Both the position numbers and the translations under genes were made by a program. A stretch of DNA of 63,686 nt, the filler included, from Chiloscyllium plagiosum (taxonomy: Eukaryota): assembly GCF_004010195.1 (NCBI RefSeq). It is 5 parts of one record of this genome, joined end to end, with 100 filler letters (N's around TTAATTAATTAA, not from the genome) between each part and the next. Parts side by side here need not be neighbours in the genome. Positions count along the whole stretch, not along the records: positions 7,133 to 14,818 come from NC_057717.1; positions 14,919 to 34,661 come from NC_057717.1; 3 more parts are not named here. The stretch is one strand, 5' to 3'. Position 1 is the stretch's first letter. Every line of letters begins with the position of its first letter. Positions 12,351 through 24,790 of the stretch are shown here, piece by piece. Under the pieces are notes generated by a model. That model was not told where the DNA came from, did not search any database, and worked only from the letters and a program-made list of their open reading frames with translations.

Positions 12351-12979
12351 CACAAGGGAATGAGGGAAAATTCTAAAAGGGCCATTCGAATGGGAGTTAT
12401 CTTCCCCAGAAGTTTGTGGTGCTTCTCTGATTACAAGTATTCACAGCTGTGTTAGTTAAAGATTTGGCAGAGAAGTGTGTCACGGATAATGGGACACAGA
12501 CAGGACGATGAGGCTGAGACCACAATCTGATCAGCCACAATCTTAATGCCTGGAGGAGAAGGCTCAAATTCTCTAATGACCCACTCCTGCTCCTCAGTCC
12601 CATGTTTCTGCATTCCATTCAACCCCTCAAACCTGCTAGCAATGGCTGCCCCTCTTTGTAACTTGTGCTTAATTTGTTGATCATGTTGTAGACCCAGATT
12701 CACTGTGAATACAGGCCCCAAAACTCACACAGAGACGGCTCACAAAATCCGCTGGTATCACTGATTGCAACATTCCGTAAAAGACCTTCAAGGAAAATAA
12801 CACCAACTAACTTTCCAATAACAGAATGGGAGAAAATCAGAAAAAGGGGCAGGTCATTCACATCCTAAGCCGGCCTTGCCCTTCACTATGACCAATCTGA
12901 CCTGCTCCAAGTCTCAAATCTTCCTCAATGTCCAAGTCTTCTTGAGCACCTTCGTAGAACACAGAACAAAGAACAGTCC

Positions 12980-13450
12980 TGATTTGAAGATGCTGGTGTT
13001 GGAATGGGGTGTACAAAGTTAAAAATCACACAACACCAGGTAATAGTCCAACAGGTTTCATTGGAAGCACACTAGCTTTCGCAGCGTCGCTCCTTCATCA
13101 GGTGATAGCGGAGGGCTCAATCCTAACACAGAATTTATAGCACAAATTTCCAGTGTGATGTAACTGAAATTATACATTGAAAATTTGATTGTTAAGCCTT
13201 TCATCTGTTAGAATACCATGATAGTTTCACTTCTTTCATATGAAAATCACAAAACGCCTTTTTAAAAGTTGCATTCTCAGGTGAACTGTTAGCAAGAGTG
13301 ATAGCTCGACAATATGGTGACGGTGTTGCCTCCCTGTGTTCTCTCTCTATGCCATGATGTTTAGATTGATTCTAATCTAAAAGTGAGATAACGGAGTTTT
13401 ACATGAATTCATGCAGTTTTTGAGCTCACAGTGCTACACGAATGCATGCA
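12980..13450 (-). mobile_element. Penelope-like terminal segment (family B)
   Basis: Contains a hammerhead motif at 13070-13104 and differs in sequence from family A ends. It sits next to a minus-strand CR1 tail. Confidence 0.55.
13070..13104 (-). ncRNA. Minimal type I hammerhead ribozyme motif (family B)
   Basis: Minus strand reads CAC-CTGATGA-A-GGAGC(GAC)GCTGC-GAAAG-CTA-GTG. It has stem I CAC/GTG, the CUGAUGA core, stem II with one mismatch, a palindromic AGCU stem III and a CUA triplet. Confidence 0.7.
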
Positions 13451-13454
13451 GTTC

Positions 13455-13860
13455 GGACCTTCATCACTCGACGTTGTGCCATTTATCCTACTCTAAGATC
13501 AGACTAACCTACATGCTTCCATTTACTTTGTTCCATGTGCCTATCCAAGAGTCTCTTAAGTTTCTCTCACGTATTTGACTCTACTACCACTGCTGACAGT
13601 GCATTCGACTCACCCACCACTCACTGTGTAAAGAATCTACTGTTGATATCTCCCCTAAACCTTCCTCCAATTGCCTTAAAATTATGCCAACTAATCATAG
13701 ATATTTCTGCCCCGAGAAAATGCTTCTGGCTATTCACTCTCTCTATGCCTCTCATTATCTTGTACACTTCCAGTGAAAAAAGCCCTCGCTCCCTCATAGT
13801 TTCCTCATAAGGCCTGCCTCCAGTTCAGGCAACATCCTGGTAAATCTCCTCCTGGTAAAT
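13455..13860 (-). mobile_element. CR1 3' end
   Basis: Reverse complement of the CR1 C-terminus and 3' UTR (FFTQ.VV..NAL motif). Confidence 0.75.
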
Positions 13861-14029
13861 CCCACTTAATTAGAATTAATTAAGACCTCTACACTTTTTG
13901 GAGTCATTCATTGCATAAGGGAAGATGATTGTCATTGGTGGGCATCAATCATCTCAGCCGTGGGACACATCTGTAGGAGATCCTCAGCGTAGCTTCCTCA
14001 ACCCAGGCATCTCCAGTTTGTCATCACAT

Positions 14030-14385
14030 AATCCCTACAGTGTGGAAGGAGGCTATTCAGCCCATTGAGTCCAAACTGAGCAGATTAGATTCCCTACAGT
14101 GTGGATCCAGGAACTGCGGCCCAACCAGTCCTCCGAAGAGTAACCCACCCAGACACATTTCCCTCTGACTAATGCACCTAGCATAATGGACAATTTAGCA
14201 TGTCCAATTCACCTGGCCTGAACATCTTCGGACTGTGGGAGGAAACCGGAGCACCCAGAGGAAACTCATGCAGACAAGTGGGGAATGTGCAAACTCCACA
14301 CAGACAGTTGCCCAAGGCTGGAATCGAACCTGGGACTCTGGTGCTGTGAAGCAATAGTGTAAGCTACTGAGACACCGTGCCAGCA
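14030..14385 (-). mobile_element. HE1-like V-SINE with duplicated tail, inserted in an older LINE
   Basis: GGCACGGTG..TCAGT head, CTGTCTGTGTGGAGTTTGCACATT core and two CCCTACAGTGTGGA tails. The flanks (13910-14020, 14400-14540) are LINE RT fragments. Confidence 0.85.
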
Positions 14386-15349
14386 GAAAAGGGGGCATTC
14401 ACTGAAATTTACAAAATTTCCAGCTCTTCCAGCTTTTGAAGTCCTTCTTCAGCTCTTGAAGCAGTCTGTGACCATGTACAGCAAGACTTGAACACCATTC
14501 ATGATCGTGCTGTTAAAGTCTGGGTAACATTTATGTAACAGCACAGTACATTTCCACTGTAAAAGGAGGAGTTCATTCAGCACCTCAATCTGGTTTCACA
14601 AGAATATGGGGAAGCCATTCATCCCATCAAAACTGCTGGGCAAGAAGAATGATGGACCATTCAGTCCCTCCTGACTGTTGCACAGGAAGACAGGGAGTCT
14701 GCTCTCTCCCACATGTCACATACATGGGAACAGAAAGACCATTTCACACCCGGAGTTACTTACAAAGGAACAGGAAGAGGTTATTCAGCTTGTCAAGCCA
14801 CTAACACAGGAACAGGAANNNNNNNNNNNNNNNNNNNNNNNNNNNNNNNNNNNNNNNNNNNNTTAATTAATTAANNNNNNNNNNNNNNNNNNNNNNNNNN
14901 NNNNNNNNNNNNNNNNNNAGAGAGAGAACATAACTCACGGCAAGCAGGGACATCCCCTAATAAATATGATATTCTAGAAATATATGGAAAGGGGAAATGG
15001 TAGAATAACTTCCCATTCTGTTTTCCTTCCTGTCCATCATCAGCAATCCTTTTGCTTGTTTTTCCTCTCTCTCTCTCTCTCTCCCTCCATCTCTCTCTCT
15101 TTCTCTCTGACTCTCTTGCAGGACATCATCCACTCAACACAAACCGCCCGCTCACCCTTCCTACCATCCCTGATATAATAATATTATTTCTCAGCTCCAT
15201 TCAGTTTTGATAGGTTCACTGAACTCGAAACGTTATTTGTGTTTTTTGTTCCGACAGACTGCCATACCTGCTGAGATTCCCCAACATTCTTTCAGACGGT
15301 GAAGAATTTTATTTCAGATCGCCAGCATTCACATTTCCTTGTTGTTGTT

Positions 15350-15700
15350 GTTTCGCGGGATGCCTGCATCACTGGCAAGGGCAGTATTTGTTGCCCATCC
15401 TAACTGCCCTTGACCACGCAGCCATTTGTCAAGGCAATACGGAGGCAACCATTTGGTGTGGATCTGAGGTGATACTTAGTTCAGACAGGGCAAACATGTT
15501 AGTTTTCTTTACCAAAGGTTATCAATAAAATAAGAAAAGAAATCCTGACAGTTTATGCTTGCCATGAGTGAAATTAGGCTTCATTCCTATTTTTGATATT
15601 GGAATTTAAATTTAGTCATCGGCTGTTATAAAATTTTAGACAATGCGTTTAGAGTCATAACTTGCACCTCTGAATTGCAGTCAGTGACATTATTACTCTG
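15350..15700 (-). mobile_element. Degenerate SacSINE1-like SINE
   Basis: Similar to 2108-2440 (CACTGGCAAGGGCAGTATTTGTTGCCCATCC). Confidence 0.5.
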
Positions 15701-16125
15701 TTTAAGAGTCCCAGTTGTGAAGTAACTGTAGAGACAAGAATAAGTTTGTGGTCAAACTATTTGTGACTGGAAGAGAGGTCAGAAGAGAACTGGAGCCATA
15801 AAATCTGTCGATAACGAAGGGGTAGATGATGGCGAAGTCAGCAACAGAACTCAGGCAGAGCTGGAGATTGGGGATATTATGTCGGTGGGCGTCGGCAGGT
15901 TTGATCACAGAGAGAATATGGATACATAAAACAGTTCACGGTAAAAAGGGACTCAAGGTTCCGAAGAGTCTTGTTCCTTCTCAGATGTTTATGAGTAAGT
16001 CGTTTGGAAATGCATGAAAATAAAGTGGCGTTTGTGACTGGAAGTTTATGTTTTTGTTAAATATAGTCAACCAGAATAGCAATAACATTCAGCCTCATTT
16101 ATAGAATTGACAGAGATAGACTTAC

Positions 16126-16342
16126 CAGGCACACCAATAATAGCGAGGATGGGATAGTACCCAGCTTGAATAATGAACAGTACATCTCGTATCCGCATCT
16201 CTAACCATGGCCAATCCAGAGAAAGCCAAAGAAGACCCCAGCATAAACCCCTGTCCATTGTTGTAACATTCCAGTCTAATGTTCTCAGATTCTGATCCAT
16301 TATTGGAACACTCCAGCCTAATGGTCTCAAATTCAAATTCAT
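16126..16342 (-). CDS. First coding exon of a GPR139/GPR142-like class A GPCR (N-terminus to start of TM1)
   Basis: Encodes MNLNLRPLGWSVPIMDQNLRTLDWNVTTMDRGLCWGLLWLSLDWPWLEMRIRDVLFIIQAGYYPILAIIGVP, then G|GTAAGT, a canonical phase-1 donor at 16125. YYPxLAIIGVP followed by an intron just before the TM1 Asn is the pattern of this family. The start codon is ambiguous (16342, 16300 or 16258). The second exon was not found in the window. Confidence 0.75.
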
Positions 16343-16560
16343 TGTTGGAACATTCTAAAGTTCTCAGATTCTGATCTCTCTCTCTTTCTCTGTAGCTGCT
16401 GATCCCAATTGTTGTAACATTCCAGTCTAATGTTCTCAGATTCTGATCCATTATTGGAACACTCCAGCCTAATGGTCTCAAATTCAAATTCATTGTTGGA
16501 ACATTCTAAAGTTCTCAGATTCTGATCTCTCTCTCTTTCTCTGTAGCTGCTGATCCCAAT
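16258..16560. repeat. Perfect 151-bp tandem duplication over the GPCR 5' end
   Basis: TTGTAACATTCCAGTCTAATG occurs at 16261 and 16412, and the units are identical to ~16560. Confidence 0.9.
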
Positions 16561-16829
16561 CTTGTTGAGGTTGATGCTGTGCCGAATACTATGGCATAAC
16601 AAGTTGAAAGAAGTCCCTAATTATGGAAGAGGGAAATCCTCCAGTGAGCCAATTAGGTCCAGGAAGACTGATATTAATCACAGTCACTGAACAAACAGCT
16701 CCAGTTAACCAATTTCACGGCAACTCTGATACATCATAATAATACTTGGTGTGCGTGGGATTTTGATATCACTGATTATTGGGCTGATGGCACATCTTCA
16801 GTTGTAAACAAAGAGGTGAGGGAGCGAGA

Positions 16830-17525
16830 TAATTCTTTCTCTGCACAAGCTCGATGATTCTGCTGTGTTTTAGCAGTGTAGGAATTGCTGGGCTCCCGAG
16901 GCCGTCTGTGTCTGATCACCAGGCCTGCTGCATCTTTTCGTTTTATTTATTTATGTTTAACTCTGATTTTTGTCTGTCCAGCATTAAATGGCTTAGGTGG
17001 GTTTAGGCATTTTTGAGAGACACCTACAGAGCCATAGACGATGCAGATACAGCCCATTCCTTGTGTTCTTGCAGCCACGGCCTGGTCCTGTGAAGTGATA
17101 GTCAAACTCTCACAGAACCAGGATTCTTAGTTTTACCTTTCGCCAGTTATTGTTGGGGTCTCAGCAAAGTTGGAAGGCAGGAATTCTCTCCCGGATGCTG
17201 CACACACTCTCTGTGATTTCTCTCAGAACTGTCTATTGATGTTCTTTCCTCCTGGATTGGAGAACTGCATGTGAGACAAACTGTTTCCTGCATTTGTTTT
17301 TTGACATTTCTGTGCTTATTGGACGATACCATATTGGAGCAGTTACTGTATAACTATTAAGTAAACTATTATTCTGCTAAGTTTTCCAAAAGAATTAAGT
17401 TATTGCAAGTTCCTCTTCCTTTTGTTGTCTTTTATCGACAGTATTCGAATAAATTGTGTTTTGCTTAATGTCGAATATTTTGACCAAGTAAATTCTAGCT
17501 GAAACATATGACCTCACATTTACCA
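16830..17525 (+). mobile_element. Possible degraded solo LTR
   Basis: LTR-like composition with AATAAA at ~17448 followed by a GT-rich tract. Termini not identified. Confidence 0.3.
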
Positions 17526-17619
17526 GCGGAATGGGCCGAGCTGGAGGAGTGATAATCATGTCAGGAATTATATCGGATACTGAATCCACCTCTCAGATCC
17601 AGCCCGGATACGTATTAGC

Positions 17620-18000
17620 CCTGATGAGGTACCTGCTCAGCATGAAGCACTGCGTAGACCAGGCTGGTGTACTGCTCAGCAATCCGTCCAGGATCGAACA
17701 CTGTTTAGAATTCACCAGTTCACTACTTACCTGTCCAACAGTGCACTGATCTATAAACTTGGACTAGATAATCTTGTCAGCACAGGGCGTTGTGAAGAAC
17801 ACACAATGGCATTGTTCTATACAGACTGGATATCTGTGCAGCATGGGAAGCTGTGCAGTGAATAGCAGTGAATTTATCTATTAATCTGGAGCAGTTACCT
17901 TCCCAGCATACTCAGCTGTGTTCACCAATCACTGCATTGCTGAGCAACACTGTGTTAGATCACTGCCCAGCGTGGGGAAACATGCAGCTCATGCTGGAAG
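17620..18000 (-). repeat. Degenerate ~60-bp tandem repeat, same family as 28690-28980 and 55030-55265, inverted
   Basis: CAGTGCACTGATCTATAAACTTGGACTAGATA (~17739) is close to the reverse complement of TATCTAGTCCGGGTTTATAGAGCAATGCACTG (~28738). Confidence 0.7.
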
Positions 18001-18688
18001 TGACAGGATGTGCAGTTGCCTCCATTTACAGCTCCATATCTACATTGTGGCATGACACAGGGGTGCTGTGGATGTGAAGCTCACTGGCAGAGAGAGATGG
18101 CGGGAGATTCAGTTTTAATACCAACAAATGGGAGGAGCTTGGTTAAAAGCGAGGGCGAGATTGAGAGAGAATTTCACAGAAGGATCGGATGGTAGGTTTA
18201 AAAATTGTGAAATGAAAAAATTTCGATAGCATCTTGCAATATAGGTCACTGTTTCCAGGAATGATGGGTGAGCAGGATATTGGTGTAAGTTAAGATGATG
18301 GAGAGTTTTGGATAAGCATTTGCCCTGCAGCTTTGTCACTGGGAGTAGGATCAGCAGAGTCTTCGACTCATTGGGCTAAATCGAACAATAATTTGTCTCA
18401 GTGCCATTTTCATTGAGTGCGACAGAAGGAATGTCTGCACGAGGCAGGACTAATTTCCGGGTGTTATCTTATCGATCTCAGCTCATTAACTACCCACCCC
18501 ACCCCATGATGTCCTTCTCATTCAATACCAGCCCGGCTTTCCCACCCATCATGGCTGGAGTTACACACCATCGCCCGGGGACCCCTGAATATTCAGTGAT
18601 CCCTGGCACTGCTGCCATCGTTAAAAGTCCAATGAGCACACGCTTGAGCTTTTTCAGTTTGGAGCTGCCCTGCACAGTTTACCCCGAG

Positions 18689-19014
18689 CATGGCAGATTA
18701 GGGAAATTACACCACAGCTTGTCGACAGGAGCACGGAGGGCCTGGTGAATGGTCTAGTATACAGCGGGACCATTCTCTTCCCAGAGGGAGCCGCACCACC
18801 AGACTCATCTAGCATGATCTGAACACACCACTCAGCTCAGTGCAGTATCTGCGGTCCGAAGAAAAGTCCAGCAATACAGTAAAAGCATCAATAACCTTCC
18901 CCGGTCTGTCAGGATAAGGGTCAACATATTTTCTCTACTCTCTCACACTCACTGTATATCTGTTAGCGCCTTCCCCCGAATAAGGCTCCAGCACTCTCAC
19001 CACTGCAATGCAGC

Positions 19015-19020
<6 letters not shown>
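18689..19020 (+). mobile_element. PIF/Harbinger Myb/SANT-like gene, exon 1 relic
   Basis: Frameshifted translation MAD..EITPQLVDRSTEGLVNGLVYSGTILFPEG..PHHQTHLA*SEHTTQLSAVSAVRRKVQQYSKSINNLPRSVR fits the trihelix pattern (PRF..LEALV..LFP..W..IA..VSAVS..R...QCRKK.NDL). Confidence 0.65.
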
Positions 19021-19050
<30 letters not shown>

Positions 19051-20179
19051 ACACACACACACACCTACGCAATACGCCCACATGGTTATAAAATGTTCTT
19101 ATGAGTGTTGTTTCTAGAATTGTCTGGATGATGTCGTTTGTACTATGTTCCAGATAATTTTCAAAATAATTCAACTTTAGCAAAACGTTCATCCTCCATT
19201 ATGTAACGCATCAGAGGAAGGAGCAGAGTTTACCTTTTTTCAAAATCACTCAGGATGAATGTGCCTCATGAAGCCATTATGCTGCTCAAATATGCTCCAT
19301 AATTCAGACAAAGGGAGCACCTAAACACTTGTAGACTCACTCTCTTCTTGAAGACAGGCGCCACATTGGAGTTTCGCTAGTTTCACTGGAACACGCCTAT
19401 AATCTCGAGAGTTATGGAATATTTCACACAGTGCCACCAGTCACTCTGTAAGCACTTCTATTAAAACAAGCTATGAATTGCTGATGAGCTGTTTACCCTT
19501 GGTCTTTCCTGTTTGAGAAAAGCCTTCTTCGTTTTGTTAGAGACAGTGCAAAACTTTCATCTGACTGCAATTTTGTTTATAATATTTAAACTCTTTGTGC
19601 CTTCCCCTGTGAAGAACGATGTAAAATACTAATTTAAATTCTCTGCCTGTTCCCTGAAACCAGTTCCCCAGTCACATCCTCCGGGTGTCCCACGTATTCT
19701 TTCCTGCCTTTCTTCCAAGGGTCACATGCACATCATGAACGTTTTTAATTCGATATGGGAAAACTCTTGTGGTTAGATTTTTTCATATTTCTCTTTGTAT
19801 TTTGTTTTATACAATCTGCTTCTGGTTCCAAAAGTAAACTTCCCAAATGTGGCCGATGCTAGAGCTCCCCAATCTGAATTCTTTAGTTTGTGATTGATTA
19901 GTATTCTTTACAGCCTTTGTGCATCATGGGTGGTTCATCTTCACATCTTCATATCATCTTCTTTTTGATCAGAGTCAATAATACCTGGGTGTTATTAAGC
20001 AGTACCTGCTTAAATGTTCCCCCACCCCCACACATCTGCTGACCTGCTCCTGTGTCTGTTTTCACACTCCGTATTTGACCAGATATATTACATAAATCTG
20101 CATTTGAAATACCTGGCTCTTTTCAGTCATTCAATGGGGAACCTGTGTATGTGGCTGAACACAGGAGAGTGACTCCATT

Positions 20180-20820
20180 CTCTCAGTTTTTCTGGCTCTT
20201 TGATTTCTGTTCGATGATGCCACATTCCAGTGGGAAGCTTCCTACATGACATCCTTTTCTCTCAAACGAGAAATCCCCCCACTCTGGTGGACTGAACCTT
20301 CTTTGACTATTTCATCTCCCTCACTTCTGCCATCCCTCCGTCCCCTCCTTCCCAGAACAATGATAGATCTCCCCTTGTCCTCACTTCCTACTGCACTAGA
20401 ATCTGCATTCACAGAATCATCCTCCGCCACTTGCACAATCTCCAGCAGGACAGCACCATCAAATACATCTTCCTCTCTAGTCCACTTTCAGTATTTCACA
20501 GGGACTATTCCTTCTGTGGCACGCTCCATCACCCCTAATGTTTCCCCACAACCCCATGGTACCTTCCCATGTAAATGCAGAAGCTGCAACATTTTCCAAT
20601 TCATCTCTTCCCTCCTCACTGTCCTAGGACCTAGACACACTTTTTCAGGTGAAGCAGCATTTCTGTTGTACTTTTTCATTCCAGTCTCCTGTCTTTGCGG
20701 CTCACAATGCACTCTCCTTTAAATTAGTGAGCTAAACAGAAACTCCTTTGAGGAACATCTCCACTCTGTCTGTAGGAATGACCCTTTCCTTCTGATTGCT
20801 CCCAAGTTCAATAATCTACA
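20180..20820 (+). mobile_element. Penelope-like element fragment (RT C-terminus and GIY-YIG endonuclease relic)
   Basis: PHGTFPCKCRSCNIFQFISSLLTVLGPRHTF, then QVKQHFCCT and C.QC.LL.I.E.NR..FEEHL, the Cys-rich GIY-YIG region of PLEs. Confidence 0.7.
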
Positions 20821-20829
20821 TTGCTAACA

Positions 20830-23800
20830 GGATAATCAGAATTCTTTGAGGAGGTAACGACGCGTTGAACCAGAGAAAGTCACCTATCTGAACTTCCAGA
20901 AAGACTCTGATATGGTACCGCACAGGAGGCTGTAGAGTAAGATAAGGACCTATAGTGTCAGAGGCCAGGTACTAGCATGGATAAAAGGTTGGCTGTCTGG
21001 CAGGAGGCATGGCGAGGATAAAATTGCCCCTCTCAGGATAGCAGCCAGTGACTAGCAGTGTTCCACAAGAGTCAGTATTGTGACCACAGCATTTCACTTT
21101 GTAGGCTAATGATCTGAGTGGTGGGACAGAAAGCATTCTGACTACGTTTGCAGATGATGCAAAGATAGGTGGAGGGGCATGTAGTATTGAGGAGGCATGG
21201 AGCCTGCAGAAGGATTTCGACAGTTTAGGAGAGTGAGAAAAGGAGTAGCAGATGGAATACAATGTGGGGCAGTGTGAGGTCATGCACTTTGGTATGATGA
21301 ATACAGGCATGGACTATTTACTAAACGGGAAAAANNNNNNNNNNNNNNNNNNNNNNNNNNNNNNNNNNNNNNNNNNNNNNNNNNNNNNNNNNNNNNNNNN
21401 NNNNNNNNNNNNNNNNNNNNNNNNNNNNNNNNNNNNNNNNNNNNNNNNNNNNNNNNNNNNNNNNNNNNNNNNNNNNNNNNNNNNNNNNNNNNNNNNNNNN
21501 NNNNNNNNNNNNNNNNNNNNNNNNNNNNNNNNNNNNNNNNNNNNNNNNNNNNNNNNNNNNNNNNNNNNNNNNNNNNNNNNNNNNNNNNNNNNNNNNNNNN
21601 NNNNNNNNNNNNNNNNNNNNNNNNNNNNNNNNNNNNNNNNNNNNNNNNNNNNNNNNNNNNNNNNNNNNNNNNNNNNNNNNNNNNNNNNNNNNNNNNNNNN
21701 NNNNNNNNNNNNNNNNNNNNNNNNNNNNNNNNNNNNNNNNNNNNNNNNNNNNNNNNNNNNNNNNNNNNNNNNNNNNNNNNNNNNNNNNNNNNNNNNNNNN
21801 NNNNNNNNNNNNNNNNNNNNNNNNNNNNNNNNNNTCCCTGGAAAATACAGACGAGTTAGTCTTATGTCACTGGTCAGGAAAGTTTTGGAAAGCATTCTGA
21901 GGGATAGGATTTATGACTATTTGGAAAAGCATAGCGTGACTGAAGGCAGTCAGCATGGCCTTGTGAGGGGCAGGTCATGCCTCACAGATTTTATTGTTTC
22001 TTTGGGGAAGTGTAAGGCCGGTTGACAAAGGTCAAGCAGTAAATGTGGCATTTGATAAGGTTACCCATGATAGCCTCACTCATAAAGTCAGGAATTATGG
22101 GAAACAGGGAGGCTTGGTATCTGGATTCAGAATTGAGTGGATGACAGAAGGCAGAGAGTACATGTTGGTGGAAAGAATTCTGCCTGGAGGTCAGTGTTGA
22201 GTGGATCGCACTGAGCTCTGTTCTTAAGCCTCTGCTCTTTGTACTTTTTATAAATGAATTGGATGAGGAGGTTGAGGGGTTGGTAAGTAAATTTTGCAGA
22301 AGACACAAAGGTTGGAGTTCCGTTTATAGTATCAAGGGATACTGCAGCTACAGCGTGACATAGACAAAATGTAGTGCTGGGGTGAAAATGACAAATGGAG
22401 TTCAACCTGGACAATATGAAGTGATACATTTAGGAAGGTCGAACTCGAAAGCTGAATATAGGATTACAGACAGGATTATTGGCAGTGTGGAGGAACAGAG
22501 AGATCTTGGTGTTCAAGTAGATAGATCCCTCATAGTTGCTACCCAAGTGGATAGGAGTGTTAAAGAGCATATGGTGTTTTGGCTTTTATTAACAGGGAGC
22601 GAGGTTAATACCACAAGGTTTTATAACAGCTCTACAAGTCACTGGTGAGACCACACATGCAATAGTGTGTCCAGTTCTGGTCGCCTTATTGTAGGAATGG
22701 TACAGAGGCTTTGGAGATGGGGCAAAAAAAGGTTTACCAGGATGCTGCCTCTGCTCTTTGTACTTTTTATAAATGAATTGGATGACGAGGTAGAGAGGTT
22801 GGTGAGTAAATTTTTCAGAAGACACAAAGGTTGGAGTTCCGTTTATAGAATCAAGGGATACCGCAGCTACAGCGTGACATAGACAAAATGTAGTGCTGGG
22901 GTGAAAATGACAAATGTATAGAGGGGATGTCAGAGGAAGGTTCCTTACGCAGAGAGTTGTGAATGCATGGAATGCGTTGTCAATGGTGATGGTGGAAGCA
23001 GAGTAATTAGGGATATTTAAGCGACTGCTGGACATGCACATGGATAGCAGACAACTGAGGGGTGTGTCGCTTAAGTTATTTGATTTTACAATAGGATTGC
23101 TGCTCGGTACCACGTCGTGGACCAAAAGGTCTACTTTTCTATTTTCAATGTTCCATTAAAAGTGGTCATGAAATAACTTTAGTGAGCGCAATTAATGAGA
23201 AACCCAAATCCTTTTGTTAGGATATAAGAAACAAGCGGGTAACTGGAGAAAGGATTGGTCCACTAAAAGATAAGGAAGGAAGGCTGCATTTTGAACCTGA
23301 GAAGATGTGTGAAACTCTGAATAATTATTTGGCATTAGTGTTCAGTCAGGGGAGGGACATGATGAATGCTTAAATTAGAGATAGATGTTTGATTACTCTG
23401 GATCACGTTCACATAAGTAGGTAAGAATTGTTTGGTAGGCTAGAGTTTATAAAGGTGGACAAATCCACAGGACTGGGTGGGATCTATCCCAGGTTGCTGA
23501 GGGAGGCAAGAGAGAAAATACCGAGGCGCTGACAGCTATCTTTGTAGCATCCTTAAACACAGGTGAGGTGCTGGAGGATTGGAGAATTGCTTGCGTTGCC
23601 CTCCTGTACAAAAGGGGGTGTAGGAACATTTCGGTTAATTACAGACCAGTGAGCCTGACGTCAGTTGTAGGAAAGTTGCTGCAGAAGGTACTCACGGGTA
23701 AAATCTAAAATCTATTTATATTTGGAACAGAATGGACTTAGCAGTGATAGGCAAAATGGCTTTGTACGGGGGAGATCGTGCCTTACCAACTTACTCTAAT

Positions 23801-24790
23801 TCTTCGAGTAAGTAACCGCCTTGATAGATGAAGGAAGGGCTGTAGATGTCATATCCATAGACTTTGACAAGGCGTATGATAAGGTTCCATGGTAAACCAA
23901 AGGAGAAAGTGAAGTCACATGGTGTGCAAAGACTGAGAGTAGTAGCTGAAGGGAGTTTCTCAAAATGGAGAAACGTGATGAGTGGTGTTCCACAGGGATC
24001 AGTGCTGGCGCCAGTGTTGTTTGTAATGTATATACATGATCTGGAAAAGGGCACTGTTGGTATAAGCAGCAAGATTGCAGATGACACGAAGATTAGTGGA
24101 GGAGCAGAAAACAGAGGACACTGTCAAAGAATTCAGAAGAATATAGATAGACTGGTGGGTTGGAAGACAAGTGGTGGATGGAGTTTAATCCAGGCAAATG
24201 TGAGATGATGCATCTTGGAAGTGTAATTTTAGAGCGAATTATACAGTAAACGGAATAGCATTGTGAAAAGTTGATGAGCAGAGAGATGGGGAAGTGCAAG
24301 TCCATTCACCCTGAACGTCGCTCACAGGTGGATGGATTGGTCAAGAAGGCATATCGTATGCTTGCCTTCATCGGACGGGTATTGAGTATAAGAACTGCCA
24401 GGTCTGGAGACCTTATTGAGGTCTACAAAATCATAAAAGGTATAGACAGGGTAGATCGAGATAAGCGTTTTCCCGGAATGAAGGATTCATTAATGAGAGG
24501 TCACGCTTTCAAGATGACAGGTCAAACGTTTAAGGGGGATACTCGCGGCAAATATCTTACACAGAGGGTGGTAGGTGTCTGGAACGCGTTGCCAGCAGAG
24601 TTAGTCGAGGCAGGCACGTTAAATCCATTTCAGATGCATCTCAACAGATAGATGAGTACATGGGGAGCAGAGGGATACAGATGCTTAGGAATTGGGCGAC
24701 AGGTTTACACGGTGGATTTGGATCGGCTCAGGCTTGGAGAGCCAAAGGGCGTCCAGGATGTAAATTTTCTTTGATCTCTTTGTTCTATCC
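20830..24790 (+). mobile_element. Cluster of at least three degraded plus-strand CR1 ORF2 fragments (spans an N gap)
   Basis: FADDAK, MEYNVGQCEVMHFG, PGKYRRVSLMSLVRKVLE, SGVPQGSVLAPVLF..KIADDTK and YLTQRVVGVWNALP motifs. Internal ~170-bp duplication at 22228-22396 and 22747-22916. Confidence 0.85.

Noticed and set aside
15200..15240. Further hammerhead-like remnants (also ~5690-5730 and ~45990-46030)
   Set aside because: They resemble PLE ends but the CUGANGA or GAAA core is broken, so I did not call them as ribozymes.
21252..22025. Long ORFs here and at 25398-25810, 37268-37908 and 43878-44556
   Set aside because: They are open only because they run through N gaps.
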